Assembly (NCBI GenBank): GCA_964615975.1
Contig: CAZTTH010000001.1
Span: 6,559-70,558 of the forward strand
Direction of reading: 5' to 3'
DNA length: 64,000 bases
Origin: an uncultured Lentisphaerales bacterium
GTDB lineage: Bacteria; Verrucomicrobiota; Lentisphaeria; JABSQK01; JAJFLO01
Below the pieces are notes generated by a model that was not told the DNA's origin, made no database searches, and saw only the letters and a program-made list of their open reading frames with translations. Position 1 is the stretch's first letter. The number at the start of each line of letters is the position of its first letter. Both the position numbers and the translations under genes were made by a program. Shown here in pieces: positions 11,795 to 21,438 of the stretch.

Positions 11795-12067
11795 TCATCC
11801 GGTAGGTTTTCTTGATTCCAATATTAATGGCAATACAGCCGCTTTATCAGCGTTGAGTGCTATGTAATTTTTCCACTTGTCAGGAACTTCCTCATCCCAA
11901 AATATGGCATCAACCGGGCATAAGGGAACACATGCACCGCAATCAATACATTCTACCGGATCGATAATTAACATTTCCTCATCTTCATGAAAGCAATCGA
12001 CGGGGCAAACATCAACACAATCTGTGTATTTGCACTTAATACAAGGTTCTGTCACAACATACGCCAT
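11795..12067 (-). CDS. fdxA: ferredoxin (7Fe, FdxA-type)
   Basis: 90 aa; [26 protein letters not shown]…[16 protein letters not shown] provides two Cys clusters. Confidence 0.9.
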   Translation of the reverse strand: MAYVVTEPCIKCKYTDCVDVCPVDCFHEDEEMLIIDPVECIDCGACVPLCPVDAIFWDEEVPDKWKNYIALNADKAAVLPLILESRKPTG

Positions 12068-12341
12068 AAAATATGTACCCTTGAATTTGTTTTGAAAAAT
12101 TAGGCAAATTTATTCTTCTCAGGAATGCGAATAATCATATAAAATTCTATAATGATCCAATGACTTCCAAGGATGCAATATAGCAATAAACCTAATCATT
12201 GATATCTTCAAGAATTTGTTGATCTGAATAAAGTGACAAATAATCATAAAACAGATTTGCGATCTATTTTAGATGTCATATTATAACGTTTTCACAATTT
12301 TATAAATTTCATTGCTCATAAAAAACGAAAGGGTTCGATTC

Positions 12342-13466
12342 ATGCAAGTTCCATTCTATGGCCATTACCGGCAATATCAAAATCTTAAAACTGAAATAGA
12401 TAAAAATATCAAGGATATCATTAAAAGCGGTAATTACGTTCAAGGCCCAATGTTGAAACAATTTGAAGATGAATTGGCTGCGTATTATGGCATGAAATTC
12501 GCCATCGGATTAAACAGTGGCACCGATGCATTATGGCTCTCTTTTATGGCGTTGGGGATTGGACCGGGAGATGAATGCATTACCCATCCTAACACATTTT
12601 TTGCCACTGCTGAAGCGATTTGGATTGCCGGTGCAACTGCGGTTTTTGTTGATTGTGACCCCAAAACAAAATGTATTGATCCGCGCAAGATCGAAGCAGC
12701 TATTACACCCAAGACCAAAGCAATAGTTCCCGTTCATTTATATGGGCATACAGCGGATATGAAAGCGATCAAAAAGATTGCCAAAAAACACAAATTGTAT
12801 TTAGTTGAGGATAATGCCCAGTCTATAGATGGAAGTGGAGATGGCTTCAAGCAAGGTGAATTAAGTGAAACCATGTGTACCAGTTTTATCATCCAAAAAA
12901 ATCTTGGCACTTTTGGCGATGGGGGAGCGGTCTTGACTAACGATAAAGATATTGATAAAACCATTCGCCGTCTCCGCAATCATGGGTCACTTGAAAGATC
13001 TCATCACAGTTATGGATTTAATAGTCGTTTAGATGATATTCATGCGGGGGTACTTAGCGCGAAACTGAAACATCTCCGTGAATTTTCAGAAAATCGCAGG
13101 AAATGGGCGGCTCTCTATACCAAAGGATTGAAAAAGACTCAGTTGACATTGCCATACGAAGCTCCTGGCTATTATCATGTCTATCATCTTTATGTCGTTG
13201 AAACCGAAAATGAGAAAAAGCGGCAATCTTTGCTGGATTATCTTGTCAAGAATGGTGTAGATGCCAAATTGCATTATCCAATAGCCATTCATCAACAAAA
13301 AGGTTATCCATGGGGAAAGGAAGCCCGAATCGTAGGTGACATATCAAACTCAGAGCACAACGCGGCAACATGTGTTTCTCTTCCAATGTTTCCTGAACTT
13401 AAAAAGGAAGAAGTTGAGTACTCCATTGCGAAAGTTGTGGAATGGGATAAAGCAAATCGCAAATAG
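12342..13466 (+). CDS. DegT/DnrJ/EryC1/StrS-family PLP-dependent sugar aminotransferase
   Basis: ATG at 12342 (MQVPFYG…) lies downstream of the TTG start listed in the track. The sequence shows family-typical GLNSGTDAL, HLYG and a late Lys-containing region. Confidence 0.85.
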   Translation: MQVPFYGHYRQYQNLKTEIDKNIKDIIKSGNYVQGPMLKQFEDELAAYYGMKFAIGLNSGTDALWLSFMALGIGPGDECITHPNTFFATAEAIWIAGATAVFVDCDPKTKCIDPRKIEAAITPKTKAIVPVHLYGHTADMKAIKKIAKKHKLYLVEDNAQSIDGSGDGFKQGELSETMCTSFIIQKNLGTFGDGGAVLTNDKDIDKTIRRLRNHGSLERSHHSYGFNSRLDDIHAGVLSAKLKHLREFSENRRKWAALYTKGLKKTQLTLPYEAPGYYHVYHLYVVETENEKKRQSLLDYLVKNGVDAKLHYPIAIHQQKGYPWGKEARIVGDISNSEHNAATCVSLPMFPELKKEEVEYSIAKVVEWDKANRK

Positions 13467-13523
13467 TCCTATTTATCGAGCCAACTTACAGAAAATATTC
13501 ACATCAAAACGAGGTATTATTCA

Positions 13524-14600
13524 ATGTCAAAGCCATATCGTGTATTAGTGGTTGGTATGGGAAAACGAGGCAATCATCATGCAATGGCCTTTCATGCCAA
13601 TAAACGATTCGAAGTAGTTGGGATCTGTGATATTTTTCCAGATCGCTTGCCAGAATTGGCGGCAAAATTAGGCAATCCTAAATATGGCACTGATGCACGA
13701 GCTTTGGCATTGGAAACCAATCCAGATATTTTTTGTTTTTGTACCCTTCCCAATTTGCGCTATGAATTAATTGAAGTCGCAGTTCAAAGCGGCGCTTCGC
13801 TTATAGCTTATGAAAAACCCATGGCTGGATCCATGTCGGAAGCGTTAAAGATTATGAAATTAATCCGCGAAGCCGGGGTTAAGACTGTGGTAAGTCACCA
13901 ACATCGCTATGGTGTTCACTATCAGAAGGTAAAGGAAATTATAGCCAGTGGAGATTTAGGCAGAGTTCATACTGTTTATGGTATTGCTAGTGGCTGGATG
14001 TTACATATGTTGACTCATCTAATCGAATATATTCGTTGGTATAATGATGGGGTAGATGCTGAGTGGGTGATGGGACAAGCTGCGGGCAAAGGCAAGTTCA
14101 AGGATAATCATTCCTCTCCTGATTATATTGCTGGATTTATTCATTTCGCCAATGGAGTTCGGGGTATCGTTGATTGTGGTGCCGGAGCTCCCGATGTACC
14201 TGAAGTCGATTATTGGTGGAGAAAATGTCGGGTAGGTGCTCAGGGGACACATGGATTTGCTGAAGTACTAACTGGTGGAGGTTGGCGTGCGGTAACTAAA
14301 AAAGGCGCATTCGAAGGTAAGGGGACGATGAGTTACGATGATGATATGCCTCCTTATGTGGCGGAAATGGCGGATTGGTTAGACGATCCCAAAAAAGTAC
14401 ATTGTTGCAATGGTGAAAGTGCCTTCAAGGGATGGGAAATTGCCATGGGGTTATGTCGTTCTGTAATTGAGAGAGGGCAAATAACCATGCCATTGGATGC
14501 AGGAACATATAGTGAAATTCCTGAATTAGAAAAGATATTACCAAATCGTCCGGTAGTTCCTTCAACTGCAAGTAATGCCAAAGAATATCTGGGTAAATAG
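13524..14600 (+). CDS. Gfo/Idh/MocA-family NAD(P)-dependent oxidoreductase
   Basis: 358 aa; N-terminal Rossmann segment MSKPYRVLVVGMGKRGNHH and an EKP motif (AYEKPMA). Adjacent to the DegT gene, as in WbpB/WbpE-type amino-sugar pathways. Confidence 0.8.
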   Translation: MSKPYRVLVVGMGKRGNHHAMAFHANKRFEVVGICDIFPDRLPELAAKLGNPKYGTDARALALETNPDIFCFCTLPNLRYELIEVAVQSGASLIAYEKPMAGSMSEALKIMKLIREAGVKTVVSHQHRYGVHYQKVKEIIASGDLGRVHTVYGIASGWMLHMLTHLIEYIRWYNDGVDAEWVMGQAAGKGKFKDNHSSPDYIAGFIHFANGVRGIVDCGAGAPDVPEVDYWWRKCRVGAQGTHGFAEVLTGGGWRAVTKKGAFEGKGTMSYDDDMPPYVAEMADWLDDPKKVHCCNGESAFKGWEIAMGLCRSVIERGQITMPLDAGTYSEIPELEKILPNRPVVPSTASNAKEYLGK

Positions 14601-15062
14601 TCAAATCCTATTGCATTTATAATTGGATTAAAATTCGTCCTCTCTTTTTCATCACTTGAGTGATGATGTCAATTAGTTTTATTCTTACCATTAATTGGTT
14701 AAATATTCCCCCATAGACTTTGTACTAAGAGATGTCCTATGATAGATACTCGATATAGACAATATCGTTGTATAAGCTTGGGTAGGGTAGAGCGGTGTTC
14801 AAGGTGGCAGTTTTCTATGATCAGCTAATTATCAGTATGATCTAATCATGGCTATTGGATGATGATAGTTTGCATGGTTTTGCTTCTCAATTTTGAGAGG
14901 TCATCATATCTTTTCGATACTTATCTTGCCTGCGTGTGCTGCTGATCTGAACTATTTATTCACAAACCCTTTACCAGTGTTAATTTTGGATTATAATTCT
15001 CTTATCTGTTGATTCGTAAAATCGAATGGATTTAATAATCTAAAAATCTATTATAAATCCCT

Positions 15063-15611
15063 ATGGATCATACACTCTTTATTCCTGTAAAAATTGATAA
15101 TATCACTTTGAGTAATCTGGGTTTCATCGTTTTCTTGAAACATGAAAATGATGATAATGTGTTACCCATATGTATAGGTGCAATGGAGGCTCATTCGATA
15201 GCTGCGTCATATAATAATCAACAATTCCCGCGTCCATTATCCCATGATTTATTTCGCAATATTTTAGTAACCTTAAACTGTGTTGTTTCAAAAATATATG
15301 TTACCGATTTGATCGATGGAACATTTTATGCGCGAATTTACCTTAAAAATGGTAAGGAAGAAATAGATATTGATTCTCGCCCCTCAGATGCCATTGCTAT
15401 GGCATTGCGCTTCGACGCACCAATATTTGTTCATGCAGATGTTTTAAAGTCAGCTTCAGTAAATATGAATCAACTTCGGGATAACGTCGATGAACCCATC
15501 GATCCAATACAGAAATTGAAGGACGAGTTAAAAAAAGCCATTAATGAAGAACGGTATGAAGATGCCGCCACGATCCGTGATCAGTTGCTCAAAAAAAAAG
15601 AATCCAATTGA
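15063..15611 (+). CDS. bifunctional nuclease (DUF151) with C-terminal UVR motif
   Basis: 182 aa. The conserved BFN core is present (…ICIGAMEAHSIA…RPLSHDLF…YARIYLKNGKEEIDIDSRPSDAIAMALR). The C-terminus has a UvrB/UvrC-type motif (LKKAINEERYEDAATIRDQL). Confidence 0.75.
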   Translation: MDHTLFIPVKIDNITLSNLGFIVFLKHENDDNVLPICIGAMEAHSIAASYNNQQFPRPLSHDLFRNILVTLNCVVSKIYVTDLIDGTFYARIYLKNGKEEIDIDSRPSDAIAMALRFDAPIFVHADVLKSASVNMNQLRDNVDEPIDPIQKLKDELKKAINEERYEDAATIRDQLLKKKESN

Positions 15612-16663
15612 AGAGAAAATTAACAACCAATAATTCATCGGATAATGATCCGTTAAAAATAACGAAATTAAAAAAATCTCTTCCGCTTCCGCCTCTTCCA
15701 ATTGACATTGATGGTTTGCCGTCAATGGCTGAAATTTTTGATTCTCATGACCCCCTCTCATTTCCTAATCATTCCCACCCCATTCCTCAAAAACGGATGA
15801 ATCGCGTTAGCGATTTTAATTTCCTGATTCAGACCAAAAATTTACCTGATATGGTTGAATTGATCGCCAACAATCAGTTAAATTTTAGCAAGGAAGAAGA
15901 TGATCAGGTTTGGATTAGAGAATTGAACAGTGATACATGCGTAGTTTCATTTTCTAATGGGAATATAGGAGTTATCGAAACCCAAACACTTCCGACGGGG
16001 GTAAAATTAATAAAAGGAGACCTAATATTAGTTAGATATTGTTCAAAAACCGCATCCGATTTACCTATTAGATGTCAATTTATTAAACTAATCAGTCGTG
16101 AAAAACTAGTTAGAAATCGAGCTGAACAAAAATCTAAATACCATGCGATTGCGAAGCAAAAATTTATTATCGATGCCTCAAATATATGCCGTAGCTTCAA
16201 CCCTGCTGATTCAGGATCATCGCTGTTGCCATTGCTAACCCTTGTATTGGCATTGTGCAAACGTCAAGCCCGGATTTATTGTGTCTTTGATGCAAATGAA
16301 CGTTATATATTGCAAAATAACGTTAATGAGGTTGGAAATGTTGAATTTTATCAAATGCTGCTGGATAAATTCAAGCACGTTTTTTTTGAAGTTACTCCAG
16401 GTACCCAGGCGGATGATTACCTCTTGGAATTAGCAGACCGCTTTAACTTAATTGTTATCAGTAATGATCATTTTGATAAACAACACGACCAGCACACTCA
16501 ACAGTATTCCTGGCTTAGAATTGGATCAAAGCGATTGATATCCGGCACGTTGGAAAATCAATTGCTGTGTCTGCCCAATTTAGGGTTGGAACTGTCACTT
16601 CGTGGTAATTTACCCGGGATTATCAGTGAATTGTTGCGTACGAAGATCAGAAAATCATTTTGA
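15608..16663 (+). CDS. NYN/Zc3h12a-like ribonuclease domain protein with uncharacterised N-terminal domain
   Basis: 351 aa. The C-terminal 140 aa (FIIDASNICRSF…IYCVFDANERY…ADDYLLELADRFNLIVISNDHF) align in pattern with the Zc3h12a/NYN PIN-like RNase core (IDGSNV…VFVP…DDRFIVKLA…IVSNDTY). The TTG start overlaps the upstream stop, implying coupling. The N-terminal ~190 aa are unrecognised. Confidence 0.6.
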   Translation: MKRKLTTNNSSDNDPLKITKLKKSLPLPPLPIDIDGLPSMAEIFDSHDPLSFPNHSHPIPQKRMNRVSDFNFLIQTKNLPDMVELIANNQLNFSKEEDDQVWIRELNSDTCVVSFSNGNIGVIETQTLPTGVKLIKGDLILVRYCSKTASDLPIRCQFIKLISREKLVRNRAEQKSKYHAIAKQKFIIDASNICRSFNPADSGSSLLPLLTLVLALCKRQARIYCVFDANERYILQNNVNEVGNVEFYQMLLDKFKHVFFEVTPGTQADDYLLELADRFNLIVISNDHFDKQHDQHTQQYSWLRIGSKRLISGTLENQLLCLPNLGLELSLRGNLPGIISELLRTKIRKSF

Positions 16664-17977
16664 TTATGATCGAGGATGATTTCGTATGGCGATTGCTCGT
16701 TGATGTCCGGGAAGATCTTCTATTCCGGCTAAATCACAGATTGCCCCGCTTTCATCAAGCAATGCGTTCCGGTCATATTCAATCACACTTATACGGCGAA
16801 GAAATTGTCCGGTTGTCAGCCCACTAAAAAACGTGGCGGTACCGCCTGTAGGCAATACATGACTGGGGCCTGCGATATAGTCTCCAACCGGTTCAGGTGT
16901 CCATGGACCAATAAATATTGCTCCTGCAGTGGTTATCTGTGCCGCTAATTCACGAGCGTTTTCGGTCATTATTTCAACATGTTCAGGAGCGATTTCATTA
17001 ATTACTTGTAATGCTTCATTAAGGTTGTTTACCGAGATCAAATAAAAACCGTGATCAATAACCTGTTTAATCTGATCTGGATTTTTGTGGTGGTGAACTT
17101 GCAGATAAATTTCTTCTTTTACCTTGCTGATCAATGAAGTCGAATTAGTTACCAGAATGGATAACTCATAGCCAGATCCATGTTCAGCTTGTGCTAACAT
17201 GTCCGCAGCGACAAAGCCTGGATTAGCGGTGTTGTCAGCTATAATTGCGATTTCAGAAGGACCCGCGATCATGTCAATGCCGACACTACCGTAGACTAGT
17301 TTTTTAGCAGTAGAAACATAAGCATTGCCAGGGCCGACAATTTTATCAACTTTCGCTATAGTTTCAGTACCGTAAGCGAATGCTCCGATGGCATAGACAC
17401 CCCCCAATCGATAAACTGCAGATGCTCCGGCTATGGAGGCAGCATATCGAATTGCGGGATGAATTAATTTTGTTGGTCCAACTGGAGTAGTTATGATTAT
17501 TTCCTTAACCCCGGCGACCTTGGCTAGTGTGACGGTATGAATTACTGTTGATACCAAGGGTACATTGCCACCGGGGATATACGCAACGACACGGTTGAGC
17601 GGTACAAAGCGTTCTCCCATTTTGACCCCAAGTCGGGGGCTGTAATGCCATGATTGTGGCGTAAACTGTTCTGAAAATGAACGGATGTTATCATGCGATT
17701 TGCGGATCGCATCTTTTATTTTGGAGTCAAGCTGACTGGCTGCGCTTTCGATATCAACGGTATTTAGTTGAAACTCGGGAGGATTAAGATCTACATTGTC
17801 ATAGCGTTTTGCGTATTCGATTATGCTAAGGTCTCCTATCGTCCGTACGTTTTTTAAGATTGCCGCGACATCCTTTTCGATTTCAAGAGGCAGCCCACAA
17901 TTGTTTCTCATGAGCTTGAGGTTGGATTTAAAATCGATATCTGCTACATGCAATAATTTCATAATGATCTCGATCAA
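16664..17977 (-). CDS. hisD: histidinol dehydrogenase
   Basis: 437 aa; …GPSEIAIIADNTANPGFVAADMLAQAEHGSGY… and a C-terminal HisD signature. Confidence 0.9.
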   Translation of the reverse strand: MIEIIMKLLHVADIDFKSNLKLMRNNCGLPLEIEKDVAAILKNVRTIGDLSIIEYAKRYDNVDLNPPEFQLNTVDIESAASQLDSKIKDAIRKSHDNIRSFSEQFTPQSWHYSPRLGVKMGERFVPLNRVVAYIPGGNVPLVSTVIHTVTLAKVAGVKEIIITTPVGPTKLIHPAIRYAASIAGASAVYRLGGVYAIGAFAYGTETIAKVDKIVGPGNAYVSTAKKLVYGSVGIDMIAGPSEIAIIADNTANPGFVAADMLAQAEHGSGYELSILVTNSTSLISKVKEEIYLQVHHHKNPDQIKQVIDHGFYLISVNNLNEALQVINEIAPEHVEIMTENARELAAQITTAGAIFIGPWTPEPVGDYIAGPSHVLPTGGTATFFSGLTTGQFLRRISVIEYDRNALLDESGAICDLAGIEDLPGHQRAIAIRNHPRS

Positions 17978-18056
17978 TGTGAATGCGAATCGAATTATTG
18001 AATAAAATCAGAGCGCATTGTGGGCAAAACTTAGGTATAAAATACAATTGATTTGC

Positions 18057-18710
18057 TCAAAGATTAATGACATCAACAGCGATATTACCAGACGAATTTA
18101 TTACGCCACTGATCGCCGCTACAGGGTGAGAGAATTTTGCGAATACCCCTTCTGAAAGAATATAGCGGCAAGCTTTTTCAGGAGCATTGGCATTAAAGCA
18201 ATTATCAACTTGAGTTTCGTCTAGGGACTGCATTTTGTAGGTGGCAACGTAGAATAGTTTACCAGGTTTTAGATCATATGACATTACCGATAATGAATGA
18301 TCGGTAACAATACCCATGTATCCGAAAGATTTTTCCATGTCAACAACTCCACATATTCGTGGTGTATGTAATGAGTCGGGTTCATAATCAAATGATAATA
18401 AAACTGACCCCAGGGTATCCTTGATTGACATTCCATTACGTAATTTGACCGCAACAATTTCAGTATGAGAACCATTCCCGACAACCATATAAGGATTTAC
18501 TACACTTAAACATTGATATGAAATGAATGGGTTTTTAAGTATATCGTCTTCATGTCCAACTTTCGGAATTACTAGCCCCTCCTTATTATTTACGATTATT
18601 TTTCTATTCGGAAAAGAACGTGAAGAAATGCGATAGAGAGCGGTTAATCCATTATCCGGATTTTTTCCAATGGCGACAATTCTGCCCACATAGACAAGAG
18701 AATCATCCAT
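18057..18710 (-). CDS. purO: archaeal-type IMP cyclohydrolase
   Basis: 217 aa; strong pattern identity to PurO (YVGRIVAIG…YRISSRSFPNR…NPFISYQC…VGNGSHT…TPRI…GIVT…). Confidence 0.7.
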   Translation of the reverse strand: MDDSLVYVGRIVAIGKNPDNGLTALYRISSRSFPNRKIIVNNKEGLVIPKVGHEDDILKNPFISYQCLSVVNPYMVVGNGSHTEIVAVKLRNGMSIKDTLGSVLLSFDYEPDSLHTPRICGVVDMEKSFGYMGIVTDHSLSVMSYDLKPGKLFYVATYKMQSLDETQVDNCFNANAPEKACRYILSEGVFAKFSHPVAAISGVINSSGNIAVDVINL

Positions 18711-18712
18711 GA

Positions 18713-18991
18713 CTATAATGCCATGCTATCAAAATCTTTTACTGATATCGCTTCAGATGTAGCAAATGCTATTCCGGTTAGGCGAGTGAGTATCAAAGAA
18801 ACTTTCATTGCTTCCTTAATACCAGGAAAATCAACGACTAAGATCATATCATATTCCCCCAGCATGACATACATCATTTTAATGATACCATGGTTTTGCT
18901 TGACTATATCAACGGCTTGTTCAGTGCGTTCGGCGCTAATATTCTCGATCCCTTCCGGGGTATATTTTCCTAACATGATATATGTTGACAT
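18713..18991 (-). CDS. GYD-domain protein
   Basis: 92 aa; MSTYIMLGKYTPEGIEN…GEYDMILVVDFPG is typical of the GYD family. Confidence 0.7.
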   Translation of the reverse strand: MSTYIMLGKYTPEGIENISAERTEQAVDIVKQNHGIIKMMYVMLGEYDMILVVDFPGIKEAMKVSLILTRLTGIAFATSEAISVKDFDSMAL

Positions 18992-19114
18992 AATAAATTT
19001 CCTTGTCTGTTGTCTGTATTCAAAGCTAAATCTGTTTGTAATAATGTATCTAAGTATGCCGTCAGGAATACTGGATAAACTGTGGATGATTTTAATTAAT
19101 AATCAACTCGATTG

Positions 19115-20116
19115 TCAGATGAAAATCTTAGATAAGAAGAGATATTGTTGTAAATAACCATGGGGAAAAATAGTAAACAGTTTGATAATAATGCCGAATA
19201 AAATCAATACGTAAATGAGGTTAGGTATAAATATGCCGAGATTTATCAATTTAGTTTCTATTTCTTCTTCCAAGCGACGCGCTACATGGTTGAGAGATTC
19301 AACTAATCTCCCGCAGTTCTCACCAGTCTCAATAATCGCTATATGAGAAACTGTGAGAAAATTTATATCGCTTAAAGTCTTGCTTAAATGTGTGCCGGGT
19401 TTGAGTTTTTTAAGAAAGAACTTATAATCCTTGATGGTGGGTGGAAGATCGGAGCTATTTATCGCGATATTAACACCTTCCTGCATGCTTAAACCAGCAT
19501 CAATTGCATGAGCAAAGACCCGGAAAAAGCGAACCGATGCTATTTGTTGCAATGGGAAGAAGGCGTAAAGAACAGGGAATTGCGATATTAAACGCTTGAT
19601 CATCCGATTCATAGATGGTGAATAAACCCATAACCGATTTATCATTAACAGAATTGCAATTACCACATAAAATCCTCCCCACCCAATCACCAAGGTTTTG
19701 CATCCAGATAATGAATTCAGGATAAAACAGTTGATTACAGCAATAATTGCCACCGAAAAATGGAATAAAAATATGGGGTACGTTAAGCGTGATATAAGTC
19801 GATTACGAAATTGAATCCATTGCATCTTATTATCACAAATCAATCCCAGTATTGCTGGAACATTCCCATTTCTTTCTCCTGCTGCGATTAGATTTAAGTC
19901 AACGGTGCTGATGATGGCAGGAAATCCACGACAAGCAGTCGCTAATCGTTCCCCTTGATCAATTCTTGATCGGATGATACTCAGAAATCTACTGTATTGA
20001 GTACTAGCTTGATTTTCCAATTGTGCCAATGCCGTCGAGATGGAAAGACCAGCATTCATCATGATTGCCAGATGACGGAATAAATTGGCTGTTTCCGAAC
20101 CATAGGAGATAAACAT
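19115..20116 (-). CDS. type II secretion / type IV pilus platform protein F-like (GspF/PilC family), orphan
   Basis: 333 aa with two T2SSF-like repeats (…MMNAGLSISTAL…LIAAGERNGNV… and …AIDAGLSMQEGV…IIETGENCGRL…) and three TM segments. No adjacent ATPase or pilin genes. Confidence 0.65.
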   Translation of the reverse strand: MFISYGSETANLFRHLAIMMNAGLSISTALAQLENQASTQYSRFLSIIRSRIDQGERLATACRGFPAIISTVDLNLIAAGERNGNVPAILGLICDNKMQWIQFRNRLISRLTYPIFLFHFSVAIIAVINCFILNSLSGCKTLVIGWGGFYVVIAILLMINRLWVYSPSMNRMIKRLISQFPVLYAFFPLQQIASVRFFRVFAHAIDAGLSMQEGVNIAINSSDLPPTIKDYKFFLKKLKPGTHLSKTLSDINFLTVSHIAIIETGENCGRLVESLNHVARRLEEEIETKLINLGIFIPNLIYVLILFGIIIKLFTIFPHGYLQQYLFLSKIFI

Positions 20117-20185
20117 AAGAAATTAGAAACAGTTCTGTATTATGTAAGGTCATAAAAATGAGTTTTCATATTATTAATAAAAAAC

Positions 20186-21256
20186 TTAATAGTCTCTCAT
20201 CATAATAAATTCAGTCCATTGCTGGAGATATGTCCGAAAGCGATTTGACGGCCAATATGCAAGTAATTCCATACATTCTTCCACTAATTGGTCTATCATT
20301 AATTCTACAGTGGATACTGCGCCAGATTCGATTAACAACTCTTTAATTTTTGCTAAATCATGATCTTTCAGATCAATTTTTCCCAATTGTTGTAGGAAAA
20401 ATTTTTTTTTACTGCCTTTCAGTCGTTCTGCTGCCAAAGCGATTAGTAAAGTTCGTTTCCCTTGACAAATATCGGATCCGATGGGTTTGCCAACTTTGAC
20501 GGGATCGCCGAAAATTCCTAAATAATCATCCTTAAGTTGAAAGGCTAAACCAGCTTTTTCGGCGAATATCCCAGCTTTTTTGATCAGCTGGTGGTTGAAG
20601 TCAGTCACATTCAACCCCACCAGGGCTCCAGTTTCAGCCGCAAATCTTATTAATTTGCCAGTTTTTCCTGCTAACATATACTCGATATCGAGTGATGAAA
20701 TATTTTCGATTGGTGTTATCGCCATGATTACATCCATTGCTTCACCGCTAATCAATTGAGGATTAACAAAATGATTTAATTGAGTTAAAATACTTAGGAT
20801 TGTGTTAATGCTAATTCCATCTTCCTGCGATCTGATAAAGAAATGATTGGAGCAGGCCTGCAGGATATCCCCACTCAAGATTGCTAAATCAATGCCGATC
20901 TTAATCGCATTTTTCTCTTCAAGATGATGTTCATTCATCAACCAATTTTTGATCTGTATATGGAGTGACGGAGCTCCGCGGCGAGTTTTATCTTCATCAA
21001 TGATATCATCATGAACTAATGTCCAGATATGATAGAGTTCGATTGCTGCCGCAATTTTCAGGCTTTGAGAATAACGATCACAGAATAAGCCACACATCCA
21101 TAAATTCAGCGCAGGGCGTAATGCCTTTCCAGCTCGTGATGGATATGCCAATACCGCTTGGCGTAAAATTTCCGGTTTAATTTGATGAAAAAATTGATCA
21201 TTGATGATAATCTCCTTAATCTCATCATCTACCTTTTTTAATTGGTCCAAGAACAT
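20186..21256 (-). CDS. polyprenyl diphosphate synthase (trans-isoprenyl diphosphate synthase family)
   Basis: 356 aa; first Asp-rich motif LVHDDIIDED and second motif region (…FQLKDDYLGIFGD…). Confidence 0.85.
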   Translation of the reverse strand: MFLDQLKKVDDEIKEIIINDQFFHQIKPEILRQAVLAYPSRAGKALRPALNLWMCGLFCDRYSQSLKIAAAIELYHIWTLVHDDIIDEDKTRRGAPSLHIQIKNWLMNEHHLEEKNAIKIGIDLAILSGDILQACSNHFFIRSQEDGISINTILSILTQLNHFVNPQLISGEAMDVIMAITPIENISSLDIEYMLAGKTGKLIRFAAETGALVGLNVTDFNHQLIKKAGIFAEKAGLAFQLKDDYLGIFGDPVKVGKPIGSDICQGKRTLLIALAAERLKGSKKKFFLQQLGKIDLKDHDLAKIKELLIESGAVSTVELMIDQLVEECMELLAYWPSNRFRTYLQQWTEFIMMRDY

Positions 21257-21438
21257 TGAGTGGTATCCCCGATGATATACGGAAATATGGTATAATGTGG
21301 ATCAGATTGGTAAATGATAACAATGTTGCATCGATTTGAGACAGGTAGCAGTGGAAATTTCGACTGCCGCTGTTCCAAGCAGACTGGTAATCGTGCATGC
21401 CTTTTCCAAAATCTGATAGTGCTCAGTATTCAAAAGAA

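Noticed and set aside
21257-21438. Possible terminator hairpin downstream of clpB
   Set aside because: There is only an imperfect inverted repeat (GCAGTGG…CGACTGC) without a following T-tract on the relevant strand. Not convincing.
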